Positions 46,801 to 55,112 of a stretch of 64,000 bases of DNA are shown one piece after another. The notes under the pieces are model-generated. The model saw only the letters and a list, made by a program, of their open reading frames with translations, did no database searches and was not told the DNA's origin. Position numbers and translations under genes: made by a program. Position 1 is the first letter of the stretch; each line of letters begins with the position of its first letter. The stretch comes from Bacteroidales bacterium (GTDB lineage: Bacteria; Bacteroidota; Bacteroidia; Bacteroidales; VadinHA17), in the NCBI GenBank assembly GCA_035531395.1, contig DATKTA010000032.1, positions 146,033 through 210,032 of the forward strand, written 5' to 3'.

Positions 46801-46987
46801 CCAGATGGGTTTTCATCTGTGGACGTACCTTTGAATAATCATAAGAATTCATGAAAGGATCCTGATTCGGATGTCCTTCAGCCTGTATTATCGCAATATT
46901 TGCTTTTCTGGTCTGCTGGCTATTTACATTGAAAAATGTAAGCAGGATCAGGATGCCAAAAACGGATATATTTTTCATAGAACTCAT
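43802..46987 (-). CDS. Secreted fusion protein: N-terminal carbon-nitrogen hydrolase domain plus GH20-like (beta-hexosaminidase-fold) domain plus C-terminal helical region
   Basis: 1061 aa with a signal peptide. Nitrilase-superfamily triad context: CGPED (E84), GKHRK (K165), IATCWELSYPE (C197, 46397-46399). The GH20b-like segment runs from about residue 370. IKDWPDIENRAIHYDTKHH and HIGSDETYELG are present (Asp-Glu pair at 45056-45061). Confidence 0.75.
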   Translation of the reverse strand: MSSMKNISVFGILILLTFFNVNSQQTRKANIAIIQAEGHPNQDPFMNSYDYSKVRPQMKTHLDNLLALFEEAGKMGADLVCGPEDIQHIGSYGLYIDTKDPETGEILFSSLAEPVPGPLTDRVAEIARKSNMYIIAPMYEASEGKVFNTAVIFDRQGNIIGKHRKTVLPVMETWLVSTGDEYEVYKTDFGTIAIATCWELSYPEISTIYALKGADIIFNPTMARDNIPGESLSTANMIVTRAKDNSVYVAPVVLGSEGNGIIDFNGNVAAEAPGKKNTVIMAEIDFSKERIADSKWWETINGTNNLTAIHNKSRRPDTYGMLTDQNPPLLEKYKEIHLTTGNRESQIEAVKAVDYGPGPDTVLTKNVLKALGLNVIPFPKEVTLKGEDFNFSNEVKITLDKNHSASDRFAAEELIKDLKNEFGINARINSSGEYPSIILRRDRTGKTLHAQGYQLTSGEKEVIILGKDEEGLFYGTQTLLQLIKQNAKGYKVPGISIKDWPDIENRAIHYDTKHHQDKASYVKSFIKDLARYKVNMLVWEWEDKFAYPSHLEIGAPGAFTMAEMQEFTRFARQYHIQIVPLVQGLGHVSFILKWPQFKNLREIESSNWEFCPLKEGSYTLLFDLWKDAIEATPGSEYLHIGSDETYELGVCDQCKAKAAEIGRSGLYLTFINKAAEYLSPKGRKTMAWETPMGWEASRSPAIGIKPAPELVLAESYNYETPDLTYIKKANSQGYKVFAYDPNPGVVPLMVPYIFEKGERGNIRPGSLEKSYNFLSSAARTGVFNGMICTSWDDDDLHNQMWMMHFVNAAACSWNGSNPGRNEFMESFFANCYGSSAADMDELFKILNEGAYYFAGTMERNVWHYGEIGQTHLPDLPRGDALEYDPYWNTRYKEKVIQSEQILGKMDRALQIISENKNTDIRHNYDFEIFRTSAELVKHTCQVYIDLSNLEKIIKKAHINRFLDSNVSLNSLIEAQNIVENILTRRSTVFNDLVSVYEQTRLPKGLSTENKEFFWQQDRARHFAFRRPDMSFLIYDEQLLNLEGYFENLKSYITYFKENSMN

Positions 46988-47059
46988 CTGGCTTTCTTTA
47001 AATTTGTATTTACTTGCAATAGTGTCTGAATTCAGTTTCGTTTTGTGATAAATAATTTA

Positions 47060-47078
47060 AAATGCGATATTCGCATTT
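47060..47078. promoter_or_regulatory. Palindromic operator-like site AAATGCGA-TAT-TCGCATTT in a divergent promoter region
   Basis: 8-bp arms with a 3-nt spacer, 93 nt upstream of ATG 47171. A partial repeat gcattt follows immediately. Confidence 0.35.
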
Positions 47079-47170
47079 GCATTTTTAAAGATAATAAATC
47101 AGCTGACAGAATAATTGGTTCTGTTGCATAATAGGGGTTTTAAGTTTCAATCCCTGATTCTTTTGACGGT

Positions 47171-48268
47171 ATGATATTATTGAACAGTGATATTGGTAAT
47201 TATGTCATCAGCAATGGCAGGCGGTTTTCCTATTTCGGAGGGAACAACTATCTGGGACTTGCCAGCCATCCTGAGGTAAAGGAGGCATCAATAAGGGCTA
47301 TAGAAAAGTATGGTGTAAATTTTTCAGCTTCGCGCCGTACTTCAGGAACTGCCGATATACATCTTGAGCTGGAAAAGAGACTATCCGGATTCAAAGGCAG
47401 TGAGAATACTGTTGTTTTTTCATCAGGGTACCAGGGTAATGGAATTCTGCTTGAAGTCTTAAAAGAAAAATATAGCACTTTATTTATTGAACAGTATGCT
47501 CATGCAAGTATCAGATCTGCTGTTCATTCAGAAAAGAAGGAAGCCATATTTTACAATCACTGCGATGCTGAGCATCTTGAAAGCTTATTGTTTCAGCATA
47601 AAAATATTTCAGCGCTGATAATTACTGACGGGATCTTCCCGCTTACAGGCGAGATTGCACCACTCGATAAGATCTATAATCTGGCAAAAAAGTATAATGC
47701 TGTACTGGTAGTAGATGATGCCCACGCCACAGGCGTAATTGGTAAATCAGGGAAAGGTACCCCGGAGTACTTCAATCTGCCGGAGGATGATAATCTTTTT
47801 CAGTCGGAAACTATGAGTAAGGCTCTTGGGAGCTATGGAGGATTTATTTCAGGGACCAGGTCTTTTACGGAAAACATCCGGGAAAGATCCGCTACATACC
47901 AGGCATCCACCTCACTGCCTCCTTCAGTTGTCGCAGCAGGAATAGCTGCACTCAGGATAATTGATGAAAACAGGGATCTGCAAGCGGGATTGTTAAAAAA
48001 AGCAGATAACATGAGGGCTATGATCAGAAATCAGGGATTCAAAACCACCGATAGCATAACTCCAATCATCCCGCTTATGTTTTCCGATGAACTTACAGCA
48101 AGAAGACTCTCCTCTTATCTTGAGGAAAATGGGTTTATTGTTCCCTATATGAATTACCCTTCTGAGAAGCAACAGTATTTGATCAGAATTGCTGTTTCAG
48201 TACTTCATACTGAAGAGCAGATATCTGAGCTGTCAGGTGTTCTGGATAAGTGGAAAAGCAGAACCTAG
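47171..48268 (+). CDS. Alpha-oxoamine synthase family PLP enzyme (BioF/Kbl/Spt-like)
   Basis: FGGNNYLGLASHPEV, VVDDAHATGVIGKSGKG and SETMSKALGSYGG (PLP lysine). No other bio genes are adjacent. Confidence 0.8.
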   Translation: MILLNSDIGNYVISNGRRFSYFGGNNYLGLASHPEVKEASIRAIEKYGVNFSASRRTSGTADIHLELEKRLSGFKGSENTVVFSSGYQGNGILLEVLKEKYSTLFIEQYAHASIRSAVHSEKKEAIFYNHCDAEHLESLLFQHKNISALIITDGIFPLTGEIAPLDKIYNLAKKYNAVLVVDDAHATGVIGKSGKGTPEYFNLPEDDNLFQSETMSKALGSYGGFISGTRSFTENIRERSATYQASTSLPPSVVAAGIAALRIIDENRDLQAGLLKKADNMRAMIRNQGFKTTDSITPIIPLMFSDELTARRLSSYLEENGFIVPYMNYPSEKQQYLIRIAVSVLHTEEQISELSGVLDKWKSRT

Positions 48269-49113
48269 CTGGGTTCTACATGAATAGTGACGTTCAGATT
48301 TTTATAAACCTTTTTCAGTTCATCTTCAACCTTGTCACAATACCTGTGCGCATCTCCAACTGAAACAGCTTCAGGAATTTGTATGTGAAGGTCAATAAAC
48401 AAGTAATTGCCTGCAACTCTTGTTCTTAACTCGTGATAATTTACACCAAGATCTTTCAGCTTTATCTCCAGTTCATTTATTTCATCATCCTTCCAGGCTG
48501 TATCAAGCAAGGGAGAGAACGCTTTTTTAAGAAGCTGGAATGACTCAAATATTATGAAAATTGCTACCAATATTGCAACAACAGGATCGAACCATTCAAT
48601 GCCAGTCACTATTATCAGTCCAAGCCCTGCAGCTACACCGAGTGATGTATAAACATCAGTTTTAAGGTGAAGCGCATCTGCTTCAAGGGCAACCGATCCT
48701 GTTTCCCTGGCAACTTTGTATAACCTCATTGATACATAAGTATTTACTAACGCTGAGATTAACATCACAATAGAGCCCAATCCGACGGATTCCAGCTCCA
48801 CAGCACCTCCTTTGATCTTTTTAACAGCCTCCCATATTATCCATATTGCAGCAATGAATATCAGCATAGCTTCGATAACGCCTGATATGTTCTCAACTTT
48901 GCCATGTCCGTAAGGATGCCTTGAATCAGGCGGATTATCCGAAACTTTAACTGAAAAAAAGGCAATAAGCGCAGCTATCAGATCCATTGAGGAGTGTATT
49001 GCCTCAGATATAATACTGACTGATCCGCTGATTATCCCGGTTGCAGTCTTAAGTATGATAAGTGCAGTGTTCGAGATAATCGAGAGACGTGCTACGCTTA
49101 CTTTTGCGTTCAT
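48265..49113 (-). CDS. Cation diffusion facilitator (CDF) family metal efflux transporter
   Basis: Six TM helices. HSSMDLIAALIAFFS and HLKTDVYTSLGV motifs. C-terminal cytoplasmic domain. The stop overlaps the convergent BioF-like stop within CTAG (48265-48268). Confidence 0.85.
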   Translation of the reverse strand: MNAKVSVARLSIISNTALIILKTATGIISGSVSIISEAIHSSMDLIAALIAFFSVKVSDNPPDSRHPYGHGKVENISGVIEAMLIFIAAIWIIWEAVKKIKGGAVELESVGLGSIVMLISALVNTYVSMRLYKVARETGSVALEADALHLKTDVYTSLGVAAGLGLIIVTGIEWFDPVVAILVAIFIIFESFQLLKKAFSPLLDTAWKDDEINELEIKLKDLGVNYHELRTRVAGNYLFIDLHIQIPEAVSVGDAHRYCDKVEDELKKVYKNLNVTIHVEPS

Positions 49114-49134
49114 CAGTGAAAATCCGGAATATTA

Positions 49135-50109
49135 TTATACTGATAATATCTTTGATAGTTCTACAAGACTGTGGTCAACATCTTTATGTAACTTAACAGC
49201 CTTACGGAAAGGGACGAGAGTAATCTCATCATTTACAAGTCCGACCATTACACTTTTCTGATCATCTAAAAGAGCCTGTACTGCAGCATATCCAAGCCTG
49301 CTTGCATTTACCCTGTCAATGGCTGAAGGAGATCCTCCTCTCTGAAGATGGCCAAGAACAGATACTCTTATATCATATTCCTTAAAATCATCTTTAACCG
49401 ATTCGGCGATTGAAAAAGCTCCTCCTCCTTCATCACCTTCTGCAACAATAATTATAGCACTTGATTTTTTGCGACCACCTTCAATTATAGCCTTGAGATT
49501 TTTTGCCTCATCTTTGATTTCAGGAATAATAATAGCTTCAGCGCCGCTTGCGATACCGCTGTATAGTGCAATAAAACCTGCTTCAGCGCCCATAACCTCC
49601 ACGAAGAACATCCTGTTGTGTGCACTGGCAGTGTCCCTTATCTTGTCAACTGCTTCAATTACCGTATTAAGAGCAGTGTCATACCCTATAGTATAATCAG
49701 TTCCGAATATATCGTTATCGATAGTGCCTGGCATCCCTACAAAAGGAATATCAAATTCCTCGTTAAACAGTCTGGCTCCTGTGAAGGATCCGTCACCGCC
49801 AATCACCACTACTCCGTTAATGCCAACTGATTTAAGATTTGCATAAGCCTTAGTCCTGCCTTCCGGTGTTCTGAATTCCTCGCACCTGGCTGTTTTTAGT
49901 ATCGTACCACCTCTCTGAAGGATATCACTTACACTGGGAGCATCGAGAGGTATGAATTTGGCATCTATCATACCCTGATAACCATTCATAATGCCCATTA
50001 CCTCAAGTCCTTCATAAATAGCTGTTCTGACAACTGCACGTATTGCGGCATTCATTCCCGGGGAATCGCCACCTGAAGTGAGGACTCCGATTTTCTTAAT
50101 TTTTCCCAT
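49135..50109 (-). CDS. pfkA: ATP-dependent 6-phosphofructokinase
   Basis: IGVLTSGGDSPGMNAAIRAVVR, VVIGGDGSFTGA, PGTIDNDI, and GHLQRGG near the C-terminus. Confidence 0.95.
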   Translation of the reverse strand: MGKIKKIGVLTSGGDSPGMNAAIRAVVRTAIYEGLEVMGIMNGYQGMIDAKFIPLDAPSVSDILQRGGTILKTARCEEFRTPEGRTKAYANLKSVGINGVVVIGGDGSFTGARLFNEEFDIPFVGMPGTIDNDIFGTDYTIGYDTALNTVIEAVDKIRDTASAHNRMFFVEVMGAEAGFIALYSGIASGAEAIIIPEIKDEAKNLKAIIEGGRKKSSAIIIVAEGDEGGGAFSIAESVKDDFKEYDIRVSVLGHLQRGGSPSAIDRVNASRLGYAAVQALLDDQKSVMVGLVNDEITLVPFRKAVKLHKDVDHSLVELSKILSV

Positions 50110-50186
50110 TTAAATCTGTATTTATTGCGAATCCGCGAAGATAGCAATTATTTTATTTATATCAAAGTAGTATAAATAATTGTCAA

Positions 50187-51062
50187 TCAGATTTTTGCGA
50201 TAGTGTTACTGATGTTTTTGATGAGCCATTTAGGAGTAGAGGTGGCTCCGCATACTCCGACTGATTTTTTGCCTTCAAACCATTTTAAATCCAGGTCAGT
50301 TTCATCAGTCACAAAATAGGTCTCTCTATTCACCGATTTACAGACCTGGAAAAGCATCTTTCCGTTTGAACTTTCATTGCCACTCACAAAGATTATAACA
50401 TCATGATTACTCGCAAATTCCTTAAGGTGAGGTTCCCTGTTTGAAACCTGTCCGCATATTGTCCGGCTTGCTTTAAACATTTTATCGGGATTTGTAAAGC
50501 CATTTTGCTGATACTTCTCCCTTATTGCTTCAATAAGCTTGTTATAATCTGTCACACTCATGGTGGTCTGAGAAAAGAGATGAACAGGTGAGGTAAAATC
50601 AATTTTTGACAGATCAGCAGGCCCTGAAACAAGAATCCCTTTATTAGCAATCTGTCCTAAAAGTCCTATGACTTCTGCATGACCCGGCTTACCGAATATT
50701 ACCAGCTGGATGCTGTTATCACCCGATTTATTCCATGTATCCTTTATTCGGGTCTGTAGTTTTTTTACAATGGGACAGGTAGCTTCAATTATGGTGATAT
50801 TGTTTTTTATTGCTGCAAGATAAGTCTCGGGAGGCTCACCATGTGCCCTAATAAGAATTTTGCAATCCCTGAGTTTCAGAAATTCATCATGATTTATTGA
50901 AACCAGGCCAAGTCTTTTAAGACGGTTGACTTCCATATCATTGTGGACAATAGATCCGAGAGAATAGACCATTTCGCCTTCTAGAAGAGCCCTTTCCGCT
51001 ATTTCAACGGCATTCTGAACTCCAAAGCAGAATCCGGATTTCCTGTCTATTTCAACCTGCAT
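50187..51062 (-). CDS. ispH: 4-hydroxy-3-methylbut-2-enyl diphosphate reductase
   Basis: GFCFGVQNAVEIAE N-terminus, ATCPIVKK, and VGVCGATSTP near the C-terminus (the three Cys ligand contexts). Confidence 0.95.
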   Translation of the reverse strand: MQVEIDRKSGFCFGVQNAVEIAERALLEGEMVYSLGSIVHNDMEVNRLKRLGLVSINHDEFLKLRDCKILIRAHGEPPETYLAAIKNNITIIEATCPIVKKLQTRIKDTWNKSGDNSIQLVIFGKPGHAEVIGLLGQIANKGILVSGPADLSKIDFTSPVHLFSQTTMSVTDYNKLIEAIREKYQQNGFTNPDKMFKASRTICGQVSNREPHLKEFASNHDVIIFVSGNESSNGKMLFQVCKSVNRETYFVTDETDLDLKWFEGKKSVGVCGATSTPKWLIKNISNTIAKI

Positions 51063-51747
51063 TTATCTTCTTTTCAATAATCTCACTTACCCATTTCATC
51101 TGTGTTTCAACAGTCATCCTGCTGTTGTCAAGCACAATGGCATCTTCTGCCCGTCTGAGAGGACTGATATCCCTGTTCTCATCAGCAATATCACGGGCAA
51201 TTATTCCACTTCTGATCTCCTCAAGATCAACATCCATCCCTTTTTCTTTCAATTCATCATATCTTCTTTTTGCCCTGATATCAGCAGATGCAGTCATGAA
51301 AATTTTTATATCGGCATCAGGAAAGACAACCGTACCTATATCCCTTCCATCCATAACAATTCCCTTGAATGCTCCTATCTGCCTCTGCAGTTCAACCAGG
51401 CGGGAACGGACTTCCGGTATCTGGCTTATCCTGCTTACATGAGCTGTTACTTCAAGACTCCTGATCTCAGCTTCAACATTCTCTGAATTCATAAAGGTTT
51501 CATATGAATTAATATCAGGATTAAATACTAAGTCAATATTTATATCCCGTAACTCTTCTATAATTTCCCGTGTATTCACTCCCCGATCGCTTATAAAATT
51601 TCTCCTGATACAATAAAGGGTTACGGCACGGTACATGGCTCCGCTGTCGATAAAAATATAATTAAGATCCTTCGCTATCATCTTTGCAAAGGTACTTTTA
51701 CCGCAGGAAGAATATCCGTCGATGGCTATGATCAGTCTCTTTTTCAT
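51052..51747 (-). CDS. cmk: (d)CMP kinase
   Basis: IIAIDGYSSCGKSTFAKMIA (P-loop) and DSGAMYRAVT. Start taken at MKKRL (cat at 51745-51747). The 3' end overlaps the ispH start by 11 nt. Confidence 0.95.
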   Translation of the reverse strand: MKKRLIIAIDGYSSCGKSTFAKMIAKDLNYIFIDSGAMYRAVTLYCIRRNFISDRGVNTREIIEELRDINIDLVFNPDINSYETFMNSENVEAEIRSLEVTAHVSRISQIPEVRSRLVELQRQIGAFKGIVMDGRDIGTVVFPDADIKIFMTASADIRAKRRYDELKEKGMDVDLEEIRSGIIARDIADENRDISPLRRAEDAIVLDNSRMTVETQMKWVSEIIEKKINAG

Positions 51748-51793
51748 AAATGCAAAGGTTGCAAATAAACCCCAATCGGACAAGAAATGTTCA

Positions 51794-52825
51794 CTAACTG
51801 CCTCTTTTGTAGATCATGTCGGGCCTGAATATGAGTGAAATATGATTGCTGGTGCCTGCAAGATGATAGGTGGCACGGCCAAATTCAACATCAATGATTG
51901 ATGTTTTTAAACCAAAGCCCCATGAAAGTCCCACAGTGGAAACCTTTGACTCGACCTTCAGTTCGCTTCTTCGCTGGTAGTTGTATCCGCCGCTGATAAA
52001 GAAGTTCTTGTGAGGTATCAGCTCTATTCCAAAAATCATATGCCTCAGAAGATTCTCACCGAAATCAGAATTTTTCCGCGTGGTCTCAGCGGTTGTAGCA
52101 GGAGTTATATACTGATGAGTCAGGTCGAATTTCTCCAGATGTCGGAGGGTAAGTGAAAAGCGAAATGGAGCATGTGCAAGCCGCTGTGATACACCAGCCT
52201 GTATTTCGAATGGAAGTGGCAGTTTATCCTCACCGGCATATGAAGTGAGCTGCAATCCTATATTCCGTAATGTTATCCCTGCCGAAAAAAGATTATTCCT
52301 GCTGTGATAGGATGCTCCAAGATCGAGTGCCATGCCAATGGAGGTATATTTCTCAAGATGTGACAGTATCGGTTTAAGGTTAGCCCCAATATTGAAAAGC
52401 GTATCAATGGCTCGCGAGTATATAATTGAAAAAGCATACTCTGATGCAGTAAAGCTGCCTGTAATGTTACCTGATTCATCTGCTTCAGTGAAAGAACCAT
52501 AGTTAAGATATGTAATTCCGGTGCCGAAGTTTCCGATTCCTCCGAATGACCTTGAATACATCGCCATCCCGTAATTTATTCCGGCAAAATAATTCACGTA
52601 GTTCAGCATAATGCTTTTATCCATTGAGGAATTGAGAAGGCCCGGATTATGCCAGGCAAGATTGAGATCATTGTTGTAAACGGAGACATTTGTGCCGCCG
52701 ACCGAAGACACATATGCAGAATGAGTGAGATTCAGAAATTCATATACATTATCCCCTCCGGTCTGTGAAAAACCTGACGTGAAGAGAGTGCTGAATATCA
52801 GTATATTGAATATCTTTTTTAGCAT
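51794..52825 (-). CDS. porQ: Type IX secretion system outer-membrane beta-barrel protein PorQ
   Basis: Signal peptide. GGDNVYEFLNLTHSAYVSSVGG...NPGLLN N-terminal signature. About 340 aa of beta-strand-rich sequence. Position directly upstream of cmk-ispH matches what I recall for P. gingivalis. Confidence 0.7.
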   Translation of the reverse strand: MLKKIFNILIFSTLFTSGFSQTGGDNVYEFLNLTHSAYVSSVGGTNVSVYNNDLNLAWHNPGLLNSSMDKSIMLNYVNYFAGINYGMAMYSRSFGGIGNFGTGITYLNYGSFTEADESGNITGSFTASEYAFSIIYSRAIDTLFNIGANLKPILSHLEKYTSIGMALDLGASYHSRNNLFSAGITLRNIGLQLTSYAGEDKLPLPFEIQAGVSQRLAHAPFRFSLTLRHLEKFDLTHQYITPATTAETTRKNSDFGENLLRHMIFGIELIPHKNFFISGGYNYQRRSELKVESKVSTVGLSWGFGLKTSIIDVEFGRATYHLAGTSNHISLIFRPDMIYKRGS

Positions 52826-52970
52826 AGATCCTAATCAGGTTCAAAGATAGTATGATTTATAATAACGGAAGGGTATGGTTTATTATTTTAATTCTGATAA
52901 GCACTTAGAAGATTTCTCTTCCAGCGCATGTGGTTAGTATTCAGGATCCGGTAATTAATATATTACTACC

Positions 52971-52991
52971 TGTCGCCTGTCGCCGTTCGCC
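52971..52991. repeat. 7-nt tandem repeat TGTCGCC x3
   Basis: tgtcgcc (52971-52977), tgtcgcc (52978-52984), gttcgcc (52985-52991), immediately 3' of the EamA gene. Confidence 0.7.
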
Positions 52992-52997
52992 GTTTAT

Positions 52998-53921
52998 TTA
53001 TGCTGTCTTACCTGTAAGAGTGAGAGCCTCATCAGGCGGTTCAATCCTTCCCCTTAACTGCGACATATAAAGACCTGAAATAACCACCACCATTCCAATA
53101 AGGTTAAAGGCGGTCAGCTTTTCCCTGAGAATGAGAAATGAGAAAAATGCAGTAAATATCGGAATGCTGTTGGTAAAAACATTGGCCTTCATAAGCCCAA
53201 GATTTCTGACAGAAAATGCAAAGAGTATAAAAGCTGCACATGATGCAAATACGGCAAGAAGTATAACAGGGATGAACATCCTGAAATTGAAATTTATTTC
53301 GAGAAACGGATTGAGTTCCATTGTAAGAAAAATGGGGAGAAAAAGAACAGCTCCAATAATATTCTGGACATTTACAATATAAATAGGACTGTAATGATTT
53401 ACCAGCCTGCTGAGAGTGAGGTTATATCCTACTGCCGAAAAGACAGCAACAAAGATAAGGGCGATTCCCTTCATACTGTACGAAAGAGTTCCTTCCCTGT
53501 TGAGTACAAATATCACAACCCCAATGAAAGAAATAACAATTCCTGAGTAATTCAGAACAGTTAGTTTTTCCCTGAATAGCAACCTGGCTCCAATAGCTGC
53601 AAATACAGGGATAGTTGAAATCAGAACTGAACAAACTGTTGCTGACACATATGTCAGTCCATAACTCTCCCCAAGAAAATAAAAGAATGGTTCAAAAAGC
53701 GCAAGAAGAAAAAAGAGCTTATAATCACCTTTTCTGATTTTAACAAAACGTTTTTTAAATGCCAGGTAGGTTGTCAGGAGAACAACAGCAAAAATCAGTC
53801 TTAAGAATACTATTGTAACCGGGCGGAGATCTTCATTGGCCATCTTGAACCAGATGAAAGAAAATGCCCAGAATATCATTGCCAGGATAACTGCTCCGTA
53901 TATTCTTATTTTGTTTTTCAA
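52998..53921 (-). CDS. DMT-superfamily (EamA-like) transporter
   Basis: Ten hydrophobic helices in a two-fold EamA arrangement. The ORF begins with TTG (caa at 53919-53921); the alternative Met is at 53879. Confidence 0.8.
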   Translation of the reverse strand: MKNKIRIYGAVILAMIFWAFSFIWFKMANEDLRPVTIVFLRLIFAVVLLTTYLAFKKRFVKIRKGDYKLFFLLALFEPFFYFLGESYGLTYVSATVCSVLISTIPVFAAIGARLLFREKLTVLNYSGIVISFIGVVIFVLNREGTLSYSMKGIALIFVAVFSAVGYNLTLSRLVNHYSPIYIVNVQNIIGAVLFLPIFLTMELNPFLEINFNFRMFIPVILLAVFASCAAFILFAFSVRNLGLMKANVFTNSIPIFTAFFSFLILREKLTAFNLIGMVVVISGLYMSQLRGRIEPPDEALTLTGKTA

Positions 53922-53978
53922 GGTTAAAGGGTCTTATTATTTGTTAAGGCGCTGCCAAGGTATTTAAAAAAAAATGAA

Positions 53979-53999
53979 GAATTAAGAATTAAGAATAAT
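53979..53999. repeat. 7-nt tandem repeat GAATTAA x3
   Basis: gaattaa, gaattaa, gaataat at 53979-53999, within the 411-nt divergent spacer. Confidence 0.6.
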
Positions 54000-54245
54000 T
54001 GAACAATCGAAGTCAAAATTCAGAAGTTCTGATTTCAAATTTTGTGTTTTTCAGTTATTCTTACTTCATTAGCTATGATGATGGCAAGATGTAAAACCCG
54101 AATTACTGATTTCTTCGAACAGATGAATATTCTTAAATCAGCATATATGCCTAACACATTGGAGAGTAAGTATATACAGTGTCTGGAAGTTTCGAATAGG
54201 TACAGAATAGACAGGAACTTGATTTGGTTGTGAATCATAAATTAT

Positions 54246-54253
54246 TATATTTG
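54246..54253 (+). promoter_or_regulatory. Bacteroidota -7 promoter box (TAnnTTTG) upstream of etfB
   Basis: tatatttg at 54246-54253, 80 nt upstream of ATG 54333. Confidence 0.4.
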
Positions 54254-54332
54254 CCGCCATTATGTTTTGGTTCCTCAGAAACACAAAGGTTAAACTGCTA
54301 ACAGTAAATTAAATAACGAATATAAAATCTAA

Positions 54333-55082
54333 ATGAAAATTCTGGTTTGCATAAGTAATGTTCCCGATACGACGACAAAAATTAAATTTGCTGAGGGAAA
54401 TACTTCAATTGACACCACGGGTATTCAATGGGTAATCAATCCATGGGACGAGCTTTCACTTACACGTGCCCTTGAGCTAAAGGATGATGCCTCAAGCGGG
54501 ATTAAGTCCGTTACCGTTGTTCATGTTGGTCCGGCTACTTCAGAACCGACAATCCGGAAGGCGCTTGCAATTGGGGCTGACGATGCCGTGAGGGTAAATT
54601 CTGAATCTCTCGATGCCTATTATACTGCTGCCCAGATTGCCGAGGTGGTTAAGAAGGAGCAGTTCGATATAATATTCTGCGGTATTGAATCAAGCGACTT
54701 TAATGGTTCAACAGTGGGAGGGATGGTTGCTGAATTTCTAAACATACCTTCAGTTTCTGCAGTATCTGGTATTGTAGTGGAAAACGGAAGGCCGGTGCTT
54801 ACTCGTGAGATTGACGGAGGAAAAGAGACAGTCACTGTTACTGCTCCTTTTGTAGCGATTGTTCAGAAAGGAATTGCCAAAGAGCCACGGATTGCCGCAA
54901 TGCGTGGGATAATGATGGCAAGGACAAAGCCTGTCAAGCTATTTGAGCCTGTTGCCATTGAGCCTCTTACTCAGGTTCAGGAGTTTGAGAAGCCTACCCC
55001 AAGGGCAGCCTGCAAATTTATCGATGCTGAGAATCCCCGCCAGCTTATCGAACTTTTACAGAACGAGGCAAAAGTTATTTGA
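54333..55082 (+). CDS. etfB: Electron transfer flavoprotein beta subunit
   Basis: MKILVCISNVPDTTTKIKF, INPWDELSLTRALELK and FDIIFCG blocks. Confidence 0.95.
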   Translation: MKILVCISNVPDTTTKIKFAEGNTSIDTTGIQWVINPWDELSLTRALELKDDASSGIKSVTVVHVGPATSEPTIRKALAIGADDAVRVNSESLDAYYTAAQIAEVVKKEQFDIIFCGIESSDFNGSTVGGMVAEFLNIPSVSAVSGIVVENGRPVLTREIDGGKETVTVTAPFVAIVQKGIAKEPRIAAMRGIMMARTKPVKLFEPVAIEPLTQVQEFEKPTPRAACKFIDAENPRQLIELLQNEAKVI

Positions 55083-55112
55083 TTTTGGTCGGAAACAATA
55101 AAAAGCAATAAT

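Noticed and set aside
54035-54238. Overlapping 63-aa (+) and 67-aa (-) ORFs in the EamA/etfB divergent spacer
   Set aside because: The open frames on both strands arise from AT-rich composition. There are no motifs and no plausible signal or TM pattern. The region more likely holds promoters (TAnnTTTG at 54246).
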